NCBI GenBank assembly: GCA_013286795.1
Contig: JABDFA010000005.1
Span: 10,911-74,910, forward strand
Direction: 5' to 3'
DNA: 64,000 nucleotides
DNA from: Candidatus Babelota bacterium
Lineage (GTDB): Bacteria; Babelota; Babeliae; Babelales; JABDEC01
The notes under the pieces are model-generated. The model made no database searches. It was not told the DNA's origin and saw only the letters and a list, made by a program, of their open reading frames with translations. The position numbers and the translations under genes were made by a program. Below, one piece after another: positions 52,597 through 61,880 of the stretch; within the stretch, counting starts at the first letter, position 1; each line of letters opens with the position of its first letter.

Positions 52597-54585
52597 ATGA
52601 AAAAAATAATATTAATTTTAACCATATTGTGCTTTCAATCTAGCTTAAGCGCAATGTCTAATCAAGATTTAAATCAACAATTTTTACAATATGTAAAAGC
52701 TGAAAATTATCCACTAGTATTAGATTCATTATATAACAATCTAGTTGATATTAATGTAACTGACTCTGAAGGAAGAACAGCCTTAATCTTAGCTGTTATC
52801 CTACACAATGAAGAAATGGTAAAAACATTATTGCCTTTTAAGCCCGATCGTCTGATAAAAGATAATTCAGGCAAAACAGCTCTTGAGCATGCAATAAATC
52901 TTAGACATCTCAACATAATTAAATTACTAAAAGCAAGCTCTTTTCAAGAAGAAGAAAAAGAAAAAAATGAGGATTTAAACCAACGTTTTTTACAATATGT
53001 AAAAAATGAAAATTACCAACAAGTACTAGACTTATTATATAACAAACTCATTGATATTAATGTGACTGACTCTGAAGGAAGGACAGCCTTAATTTTAGCT
53101 GTTCTTGGAGAAGATAAAAAAATGGTAAAAACATTATTACCTTTTAAACCCAATCTGTTGATAAAAGATAAAACAGGCAAAACAGCTCTTGAGTATGCAG
53201 TAAATCTTGGAAACACTCACATCATTAATTTACTAGAAAAAGAAAGCGGCATCCGTAAAAGTTCTTCTAAAGAAGAAGAAAAAGAAAAATATGAAGCAAG
53301 GAATAAACCCAAATCTAAAGCTTCTCCTGCTGCAGAACAAAAAAATTATGATCCTTCTTCAAATCAACGTTTTTTACAATATGTAATGGATGAAAATCAC
53401 CGAAAAGTACTAGATTTATTATATAACAACCTCATTGATATTAATGTAACTGATTCTGAAGGAAAGACAGCCTTAATCTTAGCTGTTCTTGGAGAAGATG
53501 AAGAAATGGTAAAAATTTTACTATCTTTTAAGGCAGATAGACAAATAAAAGATAAAACAGGCAAAACAGCTCTTGAGTATGCAGTCAATCTTGGAAACAC
53601 CGACATCATTAATTTACTGGGACAAGAAAATGTAAAATATCGACCAGAATATAGAAAACCTTCTGAGGAAGAAGAAAAAGAAAAAAACGAAGAAATTTTA
53701 AATAGTAAGTTTTTAGATTTTGTAAGCAATTCAAAATATAGAGAAGTAGATGATCTTTTAAAAAAAGGCCTTGTTGACGTAAATGGAATTCTTTATTATG
53801 AAACATTTAAGCGTAGAAAATATACCACAGCTCTAAATGCAGCAATTAATGGATCAGATATAAAAATGGTAGAAATTTTATTAAATTATGGAGCATATCC
53901 TTATATAGAAGATAGTTATAATAATGATGCTTTTCACTATATAAATCAATCGGGAAAATATAAAGTTTTAGAAGAACTTCTAAAAAAATACGGATATAAA
54001 GCAAGAACTAAACAACCAAAAGAACAGCCTAAAGTTACAGTAAAACCTAAAAAAGTTAGAAAGCCTATTTTATATATATCTAAAGAAGAGGCCATGAAAA
54101 AATTGACCATCAAGGACCCTTCTTGGGTAACCCTAACAGATAATTTAATTAATAAATATAGTCAACTAGCTGGAATTTTGGATAGAGATTATAAAAAAAC
54201 ATTAAAAGAAGATCAAGAAGTATTCGAACAAGGTAGAGGAATAGCTTTAAGTATTGCAAAAATAAAAATAAGTCTTACAAGTTCAGGTAAGCCAGAATTA
54301 ATTAATATAGCTCAAGAAAAATTTGATGAAATGAATATACTAAATAAAATTAAAAATTTTATGGACGATAGTGGTAAAAAATTCATAGATAAAATTTTTA
54401 ACGATATTAATAATGCAGAAAAAGTAGCTGACAAAATACCTGGTGCAAAAGAAGAGCTTAGAATTGTTCAAAGTTGGAAATCTGGAGAACTCCAAGAATC
54501 TATTAAACCATATATGGATTATATTGATGGACTAGCACTCTTTACGATTTTAAGAGAAGCTTTTGGAATGCAAGGATTAAAGTGA
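52597..54585 (+). CDS. secreted ankyrin-repeat protein with three tandem ~130-140-aa modules
   Basis: Start taken at MKKIILILTILCFQSSLSA. Module NQ(Q/R)FLQYV..NLIDINVTDSEGRTALILAV..TGKTALEYAVNLGNT.IINLL repeats three times plus a diverged fourth. Spacers are EEEKEK-rich. Confidence 0.8.
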   Translation: MKKIILILTILCFQSSLSAMSNQDLNQQFLQYVKAENYPLVLDSLYNNLVDINVTDSEGRTALILAVILHNEEMVKTLLPFKPDRLIKDNSGKTALEHAINLRHLNIIKLLKASSFQEEEKEKNEDLNQRFLQYVKNENYQQVLDLLYNKLIDINVTDSEGRTALILAVLGEDKKMVKTLLPFKPNLLIKDKTGKTALEYAVNLGNTHIINLLEKESGIRKSSSKEEEKEKYEARNKPKSKASPAAEQKNYDPSSNQRFLQYVMDENHRKVLDLLYNNLIDINVTDSEGKTALILAVLGEDEEMVKILLSFKADRQIKDKTGKTALEYAVNLGNTDIINLLGQENVKYRPEYRKPSEEEEKEKNEEILNSKFLDFVSNSKYREVDDLLKKGLVDVNGILYYETFKRRKYTTALNAAINGSDIKMVEILLNYGAYPYIEDSYNNDAFHYINQSGKYKVLEELLKKYGYKARTKQPKEQPKVTVKPKKVRKPILYISKEEAMKKLTIKDPSWVTLTDNLINKYSQLAGILDRDYKKTLKEDQEVFEQGRGIALSIAKIKISLTSSGKPELINIAQEKFDEMNILNKIKNFMDDSGKKFIDKIFNDINNAEKVADKIPGAKEELRIVQSWKSGELQESIKPYMDYIDGLALFTILREAFGMQGLK

Positions 54586-54621
54586 TCGCACCCAGGCGTC
54601 GCCTAAAGGCTATGCCGGGCA
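54586..54621. repeat. short GC-rich element between convergent genes
   Basis: tcgcacccaggcgtcgcctaaaggctatgccgggcaag. Resembles the internal insert of the family B copy at 24424-24558 (gctaaggcttcgccggacagg). Confidence 0.5.
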
Positions 54622-54624
54622 AGT

Positions 54625-55338
54625 TTATACTGATTTGATAATCCCTAGACCTAAAGCAACTGCAGTTTGCGATCGTAATATAGTTGAAGTTAAAGCGCAG
54701 AAATAAAAGCCTGAGCTTTTAAGCTTATTTTTTTCTTGATCAGTCAAGTCACCTTCTGGTCCAAACATTAAATAAATATTATTCGATCTAATAATTTCGC
54801 TATTAAATTTATCGCCTTGAGCATCAAAAAATATTCTTGATGAATTTTCAGGTAACTCTTTTAAAATTAGATCTAGAGACTTAGGAGAATTAATTACAGG
54901 AAAGCAAAAATTTTTAGACTGTTCAGCAGCAGAGATTATTATTTTCTGTAATCTATCATAATATTTTTGATCTAATTTTTTTTGGTGAATTTTATCAGTT
55001 AAAACCGGCTGAATAGTGTCTGCACCTAACTCACAACAAAAATAGATCGCTTCTTCAAGAGCATCTTGTTTGAGAACACTTAAAAGAACTGTTATTTTAG
55101 TTAAATCACTTTTTTGATTATTTTTTTTTTGTAAAATTTCAAACGTTATCTGTTTTTTTGTAATAGCAAGAACTTTAGTAAGTATATTTAGTTCTCTATT
55201 AAATAAAATTATTTGGTCATCTTCAGTAATTCGTAAAACACGGATTAATCTATGATAAATGCTTTCATTAGATATTGTTAAAATATGATCAATGAGATCT
55301 AGTTTTTCTATATAAACAGCAAATTCATGTTTCATCAA
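54625..55338 (-). CDS. rsmE: 16S rRNA (uracil1498-N3)-methyltransferase RsmE
   Basis: 237 aa. HRLIRVLRI PUA-like N-terminus. C-terminal knot motif FGPEGDLTDQE..LTSTILRSQTAV. Confidence 0.85.
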   Translation of the reverse strand: MMKHEFAVYIEKLDLIDHILTISNESIYHRLIRVLRITEDDQIILFNRELNILTKVLAITKKQITFEILQKKNNQKSDLTKITVLLSVLKQDALEEAIYFCCELGADTIQPVLTDKIHQKKLDQKYYDRLQKIIISAAEQSKNFCFPVINSPKSLDLILKELPENSSRIFFDAQGDKFNSEIIRSNNIYLMFGPEGDLTDQEKNKLKSSGFYFCALTSTILRSQTAVALGLGIIKSV

Positions 55339-55358
55339 AAATCAAATTATTTTAAATT

Positions 55359-55445
55359 CGCTCGTATGGTTCGACAAGCTCACCACGAGCGGGGATCTTT
55401 ATTTCCTAGTCCGTTCGTCCTGAGCTTGTCGAAGGATACGAATGG
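55359..55445 (-). repeat. GC-rich palindromic repeat, family B (short variant)
   Basis: cgctcgtatggttcgacaagctca..tgagcttgtcgaaggatacgaatgg. The 13-nt arms ttcgacaagctca/tgagcttgtcgaa are perfectly complementary. Confidence 0.8.
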
Positions 55446-56167
55446 ACAGACTTAAAAAACTCTATTAATTTCTTCTTATATTTAACAATAGCATCTGATG
55501 TAGCATAATATTGCGTACACAAGAATCCGCCTACATTTTTAATTATACGTAAAAATATAGGGTCTTCTTTTTTTTTAAATTTTAAAACAGCGTCAATATC
55601 AATATTCGTTAAATCAACAGGGTCCTCAGGAACTACTATTGAAAATGGTTCATCACAGGAACTTTCAGTTAATTTACTCTGTAATATTTTATCAAGCTCA
55701 TTACTCAAAATTATAACACCTTTAATATTGTGAAAATTGTTATCAAGATTGAATAAATAACTAACATTCTTATCATTTGGAAGCTCAAAACCACATCTTT
55801 TTAAAAATCTAGTTTCTCCTTGGCTATCTACAATAGGTTCTTCTATGCAAAACATGAAAAGATTTATAGAGCGATTATTAATTTCTTGCCAGATATCTTT
55901 TTCAACCTTGCAATGTTCTTGTACGGAAAAATCATTAGATATTGATGGACCAGAAGGAAAATGACTTTTCTTTAAATTTCCCAGACCAAATTTTAAATAA
56001 TAATAATTTGTATCCTGTTCATCAGAAAATAAAAGTAAAAATACATAATCCTGTACATGTTTGATTTCCATGCCAGAATTAGAACTTAGTTTATCAAATA
56101 TCGAGATTAAGAATAAAAAAAATAATAAAAATCTATTTATACTCATTTTTACACCTTTCATTGTCAA
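55406..56167 (-). CDS. secreted hypothetical protein (3' end runs into a repeat)
   Basis: Leader (MSINRFLLFFLFLISIF). The last ~13 codons (YPSTSSGRTD) are encoded by repeat 55359-55445. Confidence 0.55.
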   Translation of the reverse strand: MTMKGVKMSINRFLLFFLFLISIFDKLSSNSGMEIKHVQDYVFLLLFSDEQDTNYYYLKFGLGNLKKSHFPSGPSISNDFSVQEHCKVEKDIWQEINNRSINLFMFCIEEPIVDSQGETRFLKRCGFELPNDKNVSYLFNLDNNFHNIKGVIILSNELDKILQSKLTESSCDEPFSIVVPEDPVDLTNIDIDAVLKFKKKEDPIFLRIIKNVGGFLCTQYYATSDAIVKYKKKLIEFFKSVHSYPSTSSGRTD

Positions 56168-56345
56168 AATTAAAAACTTAATTTAAAGTACATTTTACCA
56201 TTTTTTTAAACCGATAACAAAATTGATCATTTAATCACTCAAAATAAATTCAAAGAGAATATATTTAAATAATTAATTTAAAATTATAGATTTTCACAAT
56301 TAAAACTTTTATATTTGATATAAATTATAAATAGTAAGGGGAAAA

Positions 56346-57086
56346 ATGAAAAATATTAATATTATTATTGCAGTTCTTTTAATCATAAACAAAATATCAG
56401 ATTCCATAACAAAAAATGTTGATAAAGAAAGTATCAAAAATGCCCCTGTAAATTTCAATGTTAAAATTAATCCAATAATAAAAGTATCTGCCGGAGCAAA
56501 CCAGACTTCCCATATGGCAATTCCTAAGGTTCAATTTAATTTAAAGGCAGCATCTGAGACTTTTACAAAAAACTTAAAGACATTAAATGGTTGGACACAA
56601 AGTAACAAACTACTTATAGGCATATCTATAACTTCAGCAATATATTTAGGATCCCTTTACAAAATAATTAAACTTCGTTACTTAATAAAAGACCCAGAAT
56701 GTTGGTCCCATTGGAAATCTAATTTAACTTTGGAAACTCTTCTTGCAATACCACAAAAAGAGTTAACAGAGGAACTCATAACCGATATAAATAGAAGAAA
56801 CTATAATCAAAAAGATCCAATCAATTTCTTGGATCCATTAATTATGTTTATAAACCAAACAGATAATCAATTAAAAAATCTAAAAAAATTTATATCAAAT
56901 ATGACAATAATTAAAAGAATCCATCTTGCAAATTTATATTTTATAAATGATTCAGAAATATTAATCGCACAAGAAAGAGTACAAAGATTAACATATTTCA
57001 AAAATTTGTTTGCAAATTGGATGTCAGACTACAGAAAACAACATCTTTTTAATTTAAAAACAATAGATTCAACTGCTAAAGGTTAG
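56346..57086 (+). CDS. hypothetical membrane-associated protein
   Basis: AAGGGG Shine-Dalgarno. N-terminal hydrophobic leader and one internal TM (LLIGISITSAIYLGSLY). No domain recognised. Confidence 0.5.
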   Translation: MKNINIIIAVLLIINKISDSITKNVDKESIKNAPVNFNVKINPIIKVSAGANQTSHMAIPKVQFNLKAASETFTKNLKTLNGWTQSNKLLIGISITSAIYLGSLYKIIKLRYLIKDPECWSHWKSNLTLETLLAIPQKELTEELITDINRRNYNQKDPINFLDPLIMFINQTDNQLKNLKKFISNMTIIKRIHLANLYFINDSEILIAQERVQRLTYFKNLFANWMSDYRKQHLFNLKTIDSTAKG

Positions 57087-58648
57087 TTCTGTACACTCAT
57101 AGCGTTAAATAATCCACCAAAGCGTGACAATATAAGTTTTAGATCATCATCAGTGAATTTAAATCCTAAGCCTACAAAAGAACTAGCATTATGCTTGCTA
57201 ACAAAATCATCTGCACCAAAATCAAAATATATATTCTTCAATAAATATACTCTGTTTATCCATTTCAAATGAGGTCTTCTATCATTTATACGATCTTGTC
57301 CACGACAGTCAAATACTTCAAAACTACTTATCCATCTAAAATTATCTGAGCAGAATGGAAACTCATAATCAACAGCACCACCTACTGTATTTTCAAACAA
57401 ACCAAATCTCAATGCAAAATTAGTATACATTTTACCTATTTGAAAACCATATTTGGTTGTATTACGAGTATTTGTAAGTTTATGTGTCACAGGTAATTCA
57501 ACATAAAATGATGGTGGAAGTGCCGAAAGATCTTCAAAAGAAAATGGTCTGCCTTCATTATTGGAGTAATCTGTGAAAGTTCTTGTCCTATTAATACTAC
57601 CTTTTTCAGATCCCATAACCTGGAAAAGATAGAACAAATCTTCACGAGTATGAAACCTTACATCAATATAACCTTTAGAATCTTCAAATTCATAATGTTC
57701 TGCGGGTCTTTGCATAGCTTCAACGTGAGAATCTATCACAAGTCCTAAATTTTCAGCAAAATCTGTAGCTTCTCTAAATCCATTTGCAATAACTCTTATA
57801 TCATCATAAACATCATTATCATTAACAAGTTTTCCTAAAAAGCCTTTTCCATTATTAATTTTTTCAGCTACTCCACCAATTTCACTCATTGTAGAATCTA
57901 ATCTGCCAGCAACTCTATTAAAGTCACGATCAAAAACTTCAGATATCTTTTCTATACTTGATCTAAATGACGGAAATATATCAGAATCTAATCTATCAGT
58001 AAGCTTTCGAATATCACTTGAAAACAAACTAAAATTACTTAACATTACATCAATATTACGATCATTTCTTGCAAGAACATCAGAAAAAACTGCTATCCTG
58101 GAAGAAGCTTTATCCATATTACTTATAATTGATTTAAGTTGATCCTGTTGATCACTAGACGCAAAAACATTTCTTAAAGATGCAGAAACGTCTTCAATAT
58201 TTTGTGCTATTTTTTCAAACCTATGCATCAGGTCATCTACTGCAACCTTAGGTTTTCCCGACTTTTCCAAAGTAGAACCAGAAAATAAAATTTTTGTGCT
58301 TGAAGAGCCAGGAACTATTTCTAAAAATTTAGGTCCTAAAAAACCTTCTTGTCTTATATCAGCATGAGCATCTGAATATAATTTATATTGAGCCAAAATC
58401 ATAGCCTTAATTTTAGCCTGATTTCCCTCAAGTTCAATCTGATCAACCCATCCCACTTTAACACCGGATATTTTTATATCAGCTTTTTTGGCAAGACCAT
58501 TTATATCATCAAAATAAATATAATATGGCTGATAGTTTCTTAAATAAAAACTAAATACACCAAGATACATAGCTGCATATGCAAAAAGGAAAATGGATAC
58601 CAAAACAAATAGCCCTACCTTAGTTTCAGTTTTTAATTGCAAAGTCAA
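57083..58648 (-). CDS. MCE/MlaD-domain protein with long C-terminal extension
   Basis: N-terminal TM (VGLFVLVSIFLFAYAAMYLG). MCE domain (YFDDINGLAKKADIKISGVKVGWVDQIEL..IRQEGFLGPKFLEIVPG). ~350 further residues. Confidence 0.75.
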   Translation of the reverse strand: MTLQLKTETKVGLFVLVSIFLFAYAAMYLGVFSFYLRNYQPYYIYFDDINGLAKKADIKISGVKVGWVDQIELEGNQAKIKAMILAQYKLYSDAHADIRQEGFLGPKFLEIVPGSSSTKILFSGSTLEKSGKPKVAVDDLMHRFEKIAQNIEDVSASLRNVFASSDQQDQLKSIISNMDKASSRIAVFSDVLARNDRNIDVMLSNFSLFSSDIRKLTDRLDSDIFPSFRSSIEKISEVFDRDFNRVAGRLDSTMSEIGGVAEKINNGKGFLGKLVNDNDVYDDIRVIANGFREATDFAENLGLVIDSHVEAMQRPAEHYEFEDSKGYIDVRFHTREDLFYLFQVMGSEKGSINRTRTFTDYSNNEGRPFSFEDLSALPPSFYVELPVTHKLTNTRNTTKYGFQIGKMYTNFALRFGLFENTVGGAVDYEFPFCSDNFRWISSFEVFDCRGQDRINDRRPHLKWINRVYLLKNIYFDFGADDFVSKHNASSFVGLGFKFTDDDLKLILSRFGGLFNAMSVQN

Positions 58649-58659
58649 TTCCTTTTAGA

Positions 58660-59739
58660 CTAAATCCAATACAATTTTTTTAACTTTACTACCACACTGT
58701 CGCCCTTTTTTTGTATTTGCAATATAGCAAATAAATTTTGTGCAACATTGTCTACAATACTACTAGATATAACAGAAAATATATTTGGTGCAAATTGGGT
58801 ATCTAAAATAGTATCAAAGTCTTTAGGTAGGCCACTCAAATCTTTGTTATAAATAGGTTTGAATATTTTTGACCAATCCAAATCTGGTTGAAATTTTGGT
58901 TTAAAATTTTCAATCCACTGTTCAGCACTTTGCTTTCGTGTCTCAAAATCCTTTCCTTCAACCCTTCTTAAGCCCAAAACACCACATAAAGAATCTGAAA
59001 ATAACCATGGTTGGATTTTAGCATCCTCTGTCCAAGTAGTAAAAATATCCGTCAAATAAACATCCTTTAAAGATTTACCCTTTTGATCTATAGGTTCGTA
59101 AAATACTCTATCTTTAAAGTATGAGTAATCAGCTATTTCCAAAAGCTCTGTTATATCATTAAGTGGATATTTTCTTTTTTGCAGAAACTGTTGTAAAGAA
59201 TAAAACATATTTTTCTTACCAGTTATATCTTCCAGTTTTTTAAAAATTTGTTCAAGGACTTTCTTTGTGTCTCCCTTTGTCTGTCCTTGACCCAAAAATT
59301 TATGATTTGCATAATCATATAATTTATTAATATTAATTTTACCATTTTCACAAGTTATACAAATTTTAATTTGACCTTCAACCCCTTCAATAGACTCTTT
59401 TAAATTAATTGTTTGCCATCTATTAATTATTGGTAACAATTTTTTTAATAACTTTTTACCCTGATCATCTTTTTGTGGTTTTTGCTCAGATCCAGCAGCT
59501 TGTGTCTGTTCTGGTTTTTTTGCCTCTTTTTTCGGTACAACTGACAATTTACTAATCGTAAGTTGTAAACCACCTAAAGATAACATTTTTGCTTTCTGGG
59601 TATTAATAACAGTACGTGAAAATGCCAAATGAGCAGTTCCTTGGTAAAACATCTGAGTAACTACTAATACCATAATTGATATAATCATCATGGTTAAAAC
59701 TAATATATACCCTTGGGAATTTTTGTTATTTTTTTGCAT
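58660..59739 (-). CDS. GspK-like minor pseudopilin
   Basis: N-terminus QGYILVLTMMIISIMVLVVTQM (no Glu5, as in GspK). Size and position after a GspJ-like gene fit. Confidence 0.5.
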   Translation of the reverse strand: MQKNNKNSQGYILVLTMMIISIMVLVVTQMFYQGTAHLAFSRTVINTQKAKMLSLGGLQLTISKLSVVPKKEAKKPEQTQAAGSEQKPQKDDQGKKLLKKLLPIINRWQTINLKESIEGVEGQIKICITCENGKININKLYDYANHKFLGQGQTKGDTKKVLEQIFKKLEDITGKKNMFYSLQQFLQKRKYPLNDITELLEIADYSYFKDRVFYEPIDQKGKSLKDVYLTDIFTTWTEDAKIQPWLFSDSLCGVLGLRRVEGKDFETRKQSAEQWIENFKPKFQPDLDWSKIFKPIYNKDLSGLPKDFDTILDTQFAPNIFSVISSSIVDNVAQNLFAILQIQKKGDSVVVKLKKLYWI

Positions 59740-60613
59740 TAGCTTGTCCTGGTAGATTTGGTTTTGCTGGAGTATTAGTTTTAGGTTCTTGTGCTTTTTC
59801 AGGTTCTTTAGCTTGCTCAGATTTAGTTTCTTCTTTTTTACTTAAATGATCAATAAAAGTATAAATAGAAAATCTAAACTCAAAAGACTGTTCATTAGCA
59901 TGAACATAATTATCCCATAAAATAAGATTAACTTTTACAAATTGAGGTATAATAGCTTTTTGTTTTTCAATATTTTGAGCAGATCTCCATTCTTTAAGAG
60001 TTTTAAAATCAGTTTTTTCTTTACCCGGAACAGGAATAATAAACTCAAAACTTAATTCTTTAATATCACCAATAACTTCATATTCAACTGAGTCTTTTTC
60101 AGTGCCAAAAATAATATTGCTAGATTCTTTACGCAAAAGTGAATAAGAACCTTTTTCTTTTTCCTGAAACCTATAACTCACTCGAGCAATTCTTGGTTTA
60201 GTCTGTCCATAAATTTGTAAAGGGTTACAAGTAATAAAAGTAAATTCTTTTAAATTATTACCGGAATTTATATAGAAAAAAGCTTTCTCAAGTTCCTGTT
60301 TTTTTTCTTCCTGTTTATTTTCAGGTTTTTTCGGTTCTTTTTCTTTCTTCTCAGCCTGGTTCTTTTGCTCTTGTAAAGCTTGAGTCGTTGAACTCTTTTT
60401 TGGTTCATCTATTTTAGGAACAAAAGCACCTGAAATATCTTTTTCCAATAAGCTTTGCAATATAGCAGCCCGCATATCTATAGAAATTGTTTGCTCAACA
60501 AGAGCTGATGTTTTATTAATTTGATAAAAACTAGAAAATAAAGCAACAGCTAACATTGAAGAAATTGCCATAGCAATAATAAGCTCTAATAAAGTAAAAC
60601 CTGGTATTTTCAT
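59726..60613 (-). CDS. GspJ-like minor pseudopilin with Lys/Glu-rich insertions
   Basis: Prepilin N-terminus MKIPG/FTLLELIIAMAISSML. Low-complexity EKKEKEPKKPENKQEEKKQE insert and a Lys/Pro/Glu-rich tail. Confidence 0.55.
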   Translation of the reverse strand: MKIPGFTLLELIIAMAISSMLAVALFSSFYQINKTSALVEQTISIDMRAAILQSLLEKDISGAFVPKIDEPKKSSTTQALQEQKNQAEKKEKEPKKPENKQEEKKQELEKAFFYINSGNNLKEFTFITCNPLQIYGQTKPRIARVSYRFQEKEKGSYSLLRKESSNIIFGTEKDSVEYEVIGDIKELSFEFIIPVPGKEKTDFKTLKEWRSAQNIEKQKAIIPQFVKVNLILWDNYVHANEQSFEFRFSIYTFIDHLSKKEETKSEQAKEPEKAQEPKTNTPAKPNLPGQANAKK

Positions 60614-61212
60614 TGAGCTTTCTCTTCTTTTGGTCTTACATAAATAAAACTAACTAATGTTTCTTGCTGTTCAGTTTGCATCCCTTGCCAAGAACCTGTT
60701 GATTTTACCAAAAAAACATTTTCAAATTTTTTTGCAACTTCAGATTTTTCAGGAACATCTAAATATTTAGAAACTATCTTGGTTTTAGGATCTGAAATAT
60801 CTTGAGTAAAAGTTTTATCTTTTTGTAACTTTTCAAAATCCTGAGGATTATAATAAATATTTTTTATATAAAAAATTCTAGATAAAATTGCATGTTCAAG
60901 AGTAACATTTCTAAACGCTCCAAATTGCAGAGAAAAAAGCGCAGTGATCATCATGCCTATTATTGCAATTGTTAATGCAACTTCTATAAACGAAAAGCCA
61001 CTACTACCTAAGACATATTTATTTTTAAAGCTATTGATCTCTCTCCGTTCGCCCTGAGCGAGGTCTGAGCGATCCTGAATGAGCGTAGCGAAATGAGGGA
61101 GAGACGAAGACCGAGTCGAACGGGTTATATTTCTTTTAAATTTATTTTTTAAATTTTTTAAAACTCTTTTGAAAAAATAATTTTTTAGACTAAGTAAATT
61201 TTTTTTACCCAT
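60610..61212 (-). CDS. GspI-like minor pseudopilin with an abnormally long, repeat-containing leader
   Basis: Prepilin site GSSG/FSFIEVALTIAIIGMM lies 72 codons after the ATG at 61212 (AAGGAG Shine-Dalgarno 4 nt upstream). No ATG/GTG/TTG lies in frame closer to the cleavage site. Confidence 0.55.
   Translation of the reverse strand: MGKKNLLSLKNYFFKRVLKNLKNKFKRNITRSTRSSSLPHFATLIQDRSDLAQGERREINSFKNKYVLGSSGFSFIEVALTIAIIGMMITALFSLQFGAFRNVTLEHAILSRIFYIKNIYYNPQDFEKLQKDKTFTQDISDPKTKIVSKYLDVPEKSEVAKKFENVFLVKSTGSWQGMQTEQQETLVSFIYVRPKEEKAQ
61045..61123 (-). repeat. GC-rich palindromic repeat, family C, inside the pseudopilin leader
   Basis: ccgttcgccctgagcgaggtctgagcg...gaccgagtcgaacgg. Termini ccgttcg/cgaacgg are inverted. 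In frame, it encodes TRSTRSSSLPHFATLIQDRSDLAQGER. Confidence 0.75.
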
Positions 61213-61266
61213 TCGACTCCTTCTTCGACTCACTACGTTCGCTCAGAAGTCGCTCAGGGCGAACGG
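61209..61266 (+). repeat. GC-rich palindromic repeat, family C/B-like, at the pseudopilin 5' end
   Basis: ccattcgactccttcttcgactcactacgttcgctcagaagtcgctcagggcgaacgg. Inverted relative to 61045-61123. Shares ccattcg..ccttc..ttcgac..gctcaggRcgaacgg with family B. Confidence 0.75.
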
Positions 61267-61310
61267 GATAAATATTACTTAACTTAGGCTCGAATGAAAT
61301 AAATTTGAGT

Positions 61311-61880
61311 CTACTTCGGTTTTTGAAATACATCATATTCTTTAAACTGCACGCTAAATGGATTTAAAACCAATGAAAATTGTACACCCTGCGAAGATGC
61401 TCCAGTATCTTTAATATCTACGATATTTAAAGTCACAGGCTGACTTAAGCCATCAGGTGTAATAAAATACCAAATTTTACCTTTACCTGTACTTTTAAAA
61501 GCAGAAGTTATTTCATCCCTGTTACCGATATAAAAATTTTTAAATTCAAAATTATCATCAGGCCATTGATATAAAGAATTTAAAAATGGTGTTTTAATTG
61601 AACTAAACTTAATCTCATCACCTTGTTTGCCTGATTCAATCTGGATATCTACTGTTCTTTTTTCTATATCAAAGAGAACTTTATGTAATTTGTGTGTAAC
61701 AACAGCATCATGCCAGGCTACTCGCATCAAACCATTTAGCTTTGCTATAAATTGTTTACGTGAATAACCTGGCAACAAATTTCTAAAATTTGGAGCTATA
61801 AATGTTGCAAGTATACCCATAATTGCAACAACTATAATTATCTCCAAAAATGTAAATCCGTGACGTCTACTTCCAAGCAC
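61311..61880 (-). CDS. GspH-like minor pseudopilin
   Basis: MLGSRRHG/FTFLEIIIVVAIMGILA prepilin N-terminus. 189 aa. Overlaps gspG by 14 nt. Confidence 0.55.
   Translation of the reverse strand: MLGSRRHGFTFLEIIIVVAIMGILATFIAPNFRNLLPGYSRKQFIAKLNGLMRVAWHDAVVTHKLHKVLFDIEKRTVDIQIESGKQGDEIKFSSIKTPFLNSLYQWPDDNFEFKNFYIGNRDEITSAFKSTGKGKIWYFITPDGLSQPVTLNIVDIKDTGASSQGVQFSLVLNPFSVQFKEYDVFQKPK

Noticed and set aside
52707-53806. Four antisense ORFs (52707..52916, 53013..53216, 53397..53729, 53609..53806) with mutually similar sequences.
   Set aside because: They are mirror images of the repeated ankyrin modules on the plus strand. Their similarity to each other reflects the sense-strand repeats.
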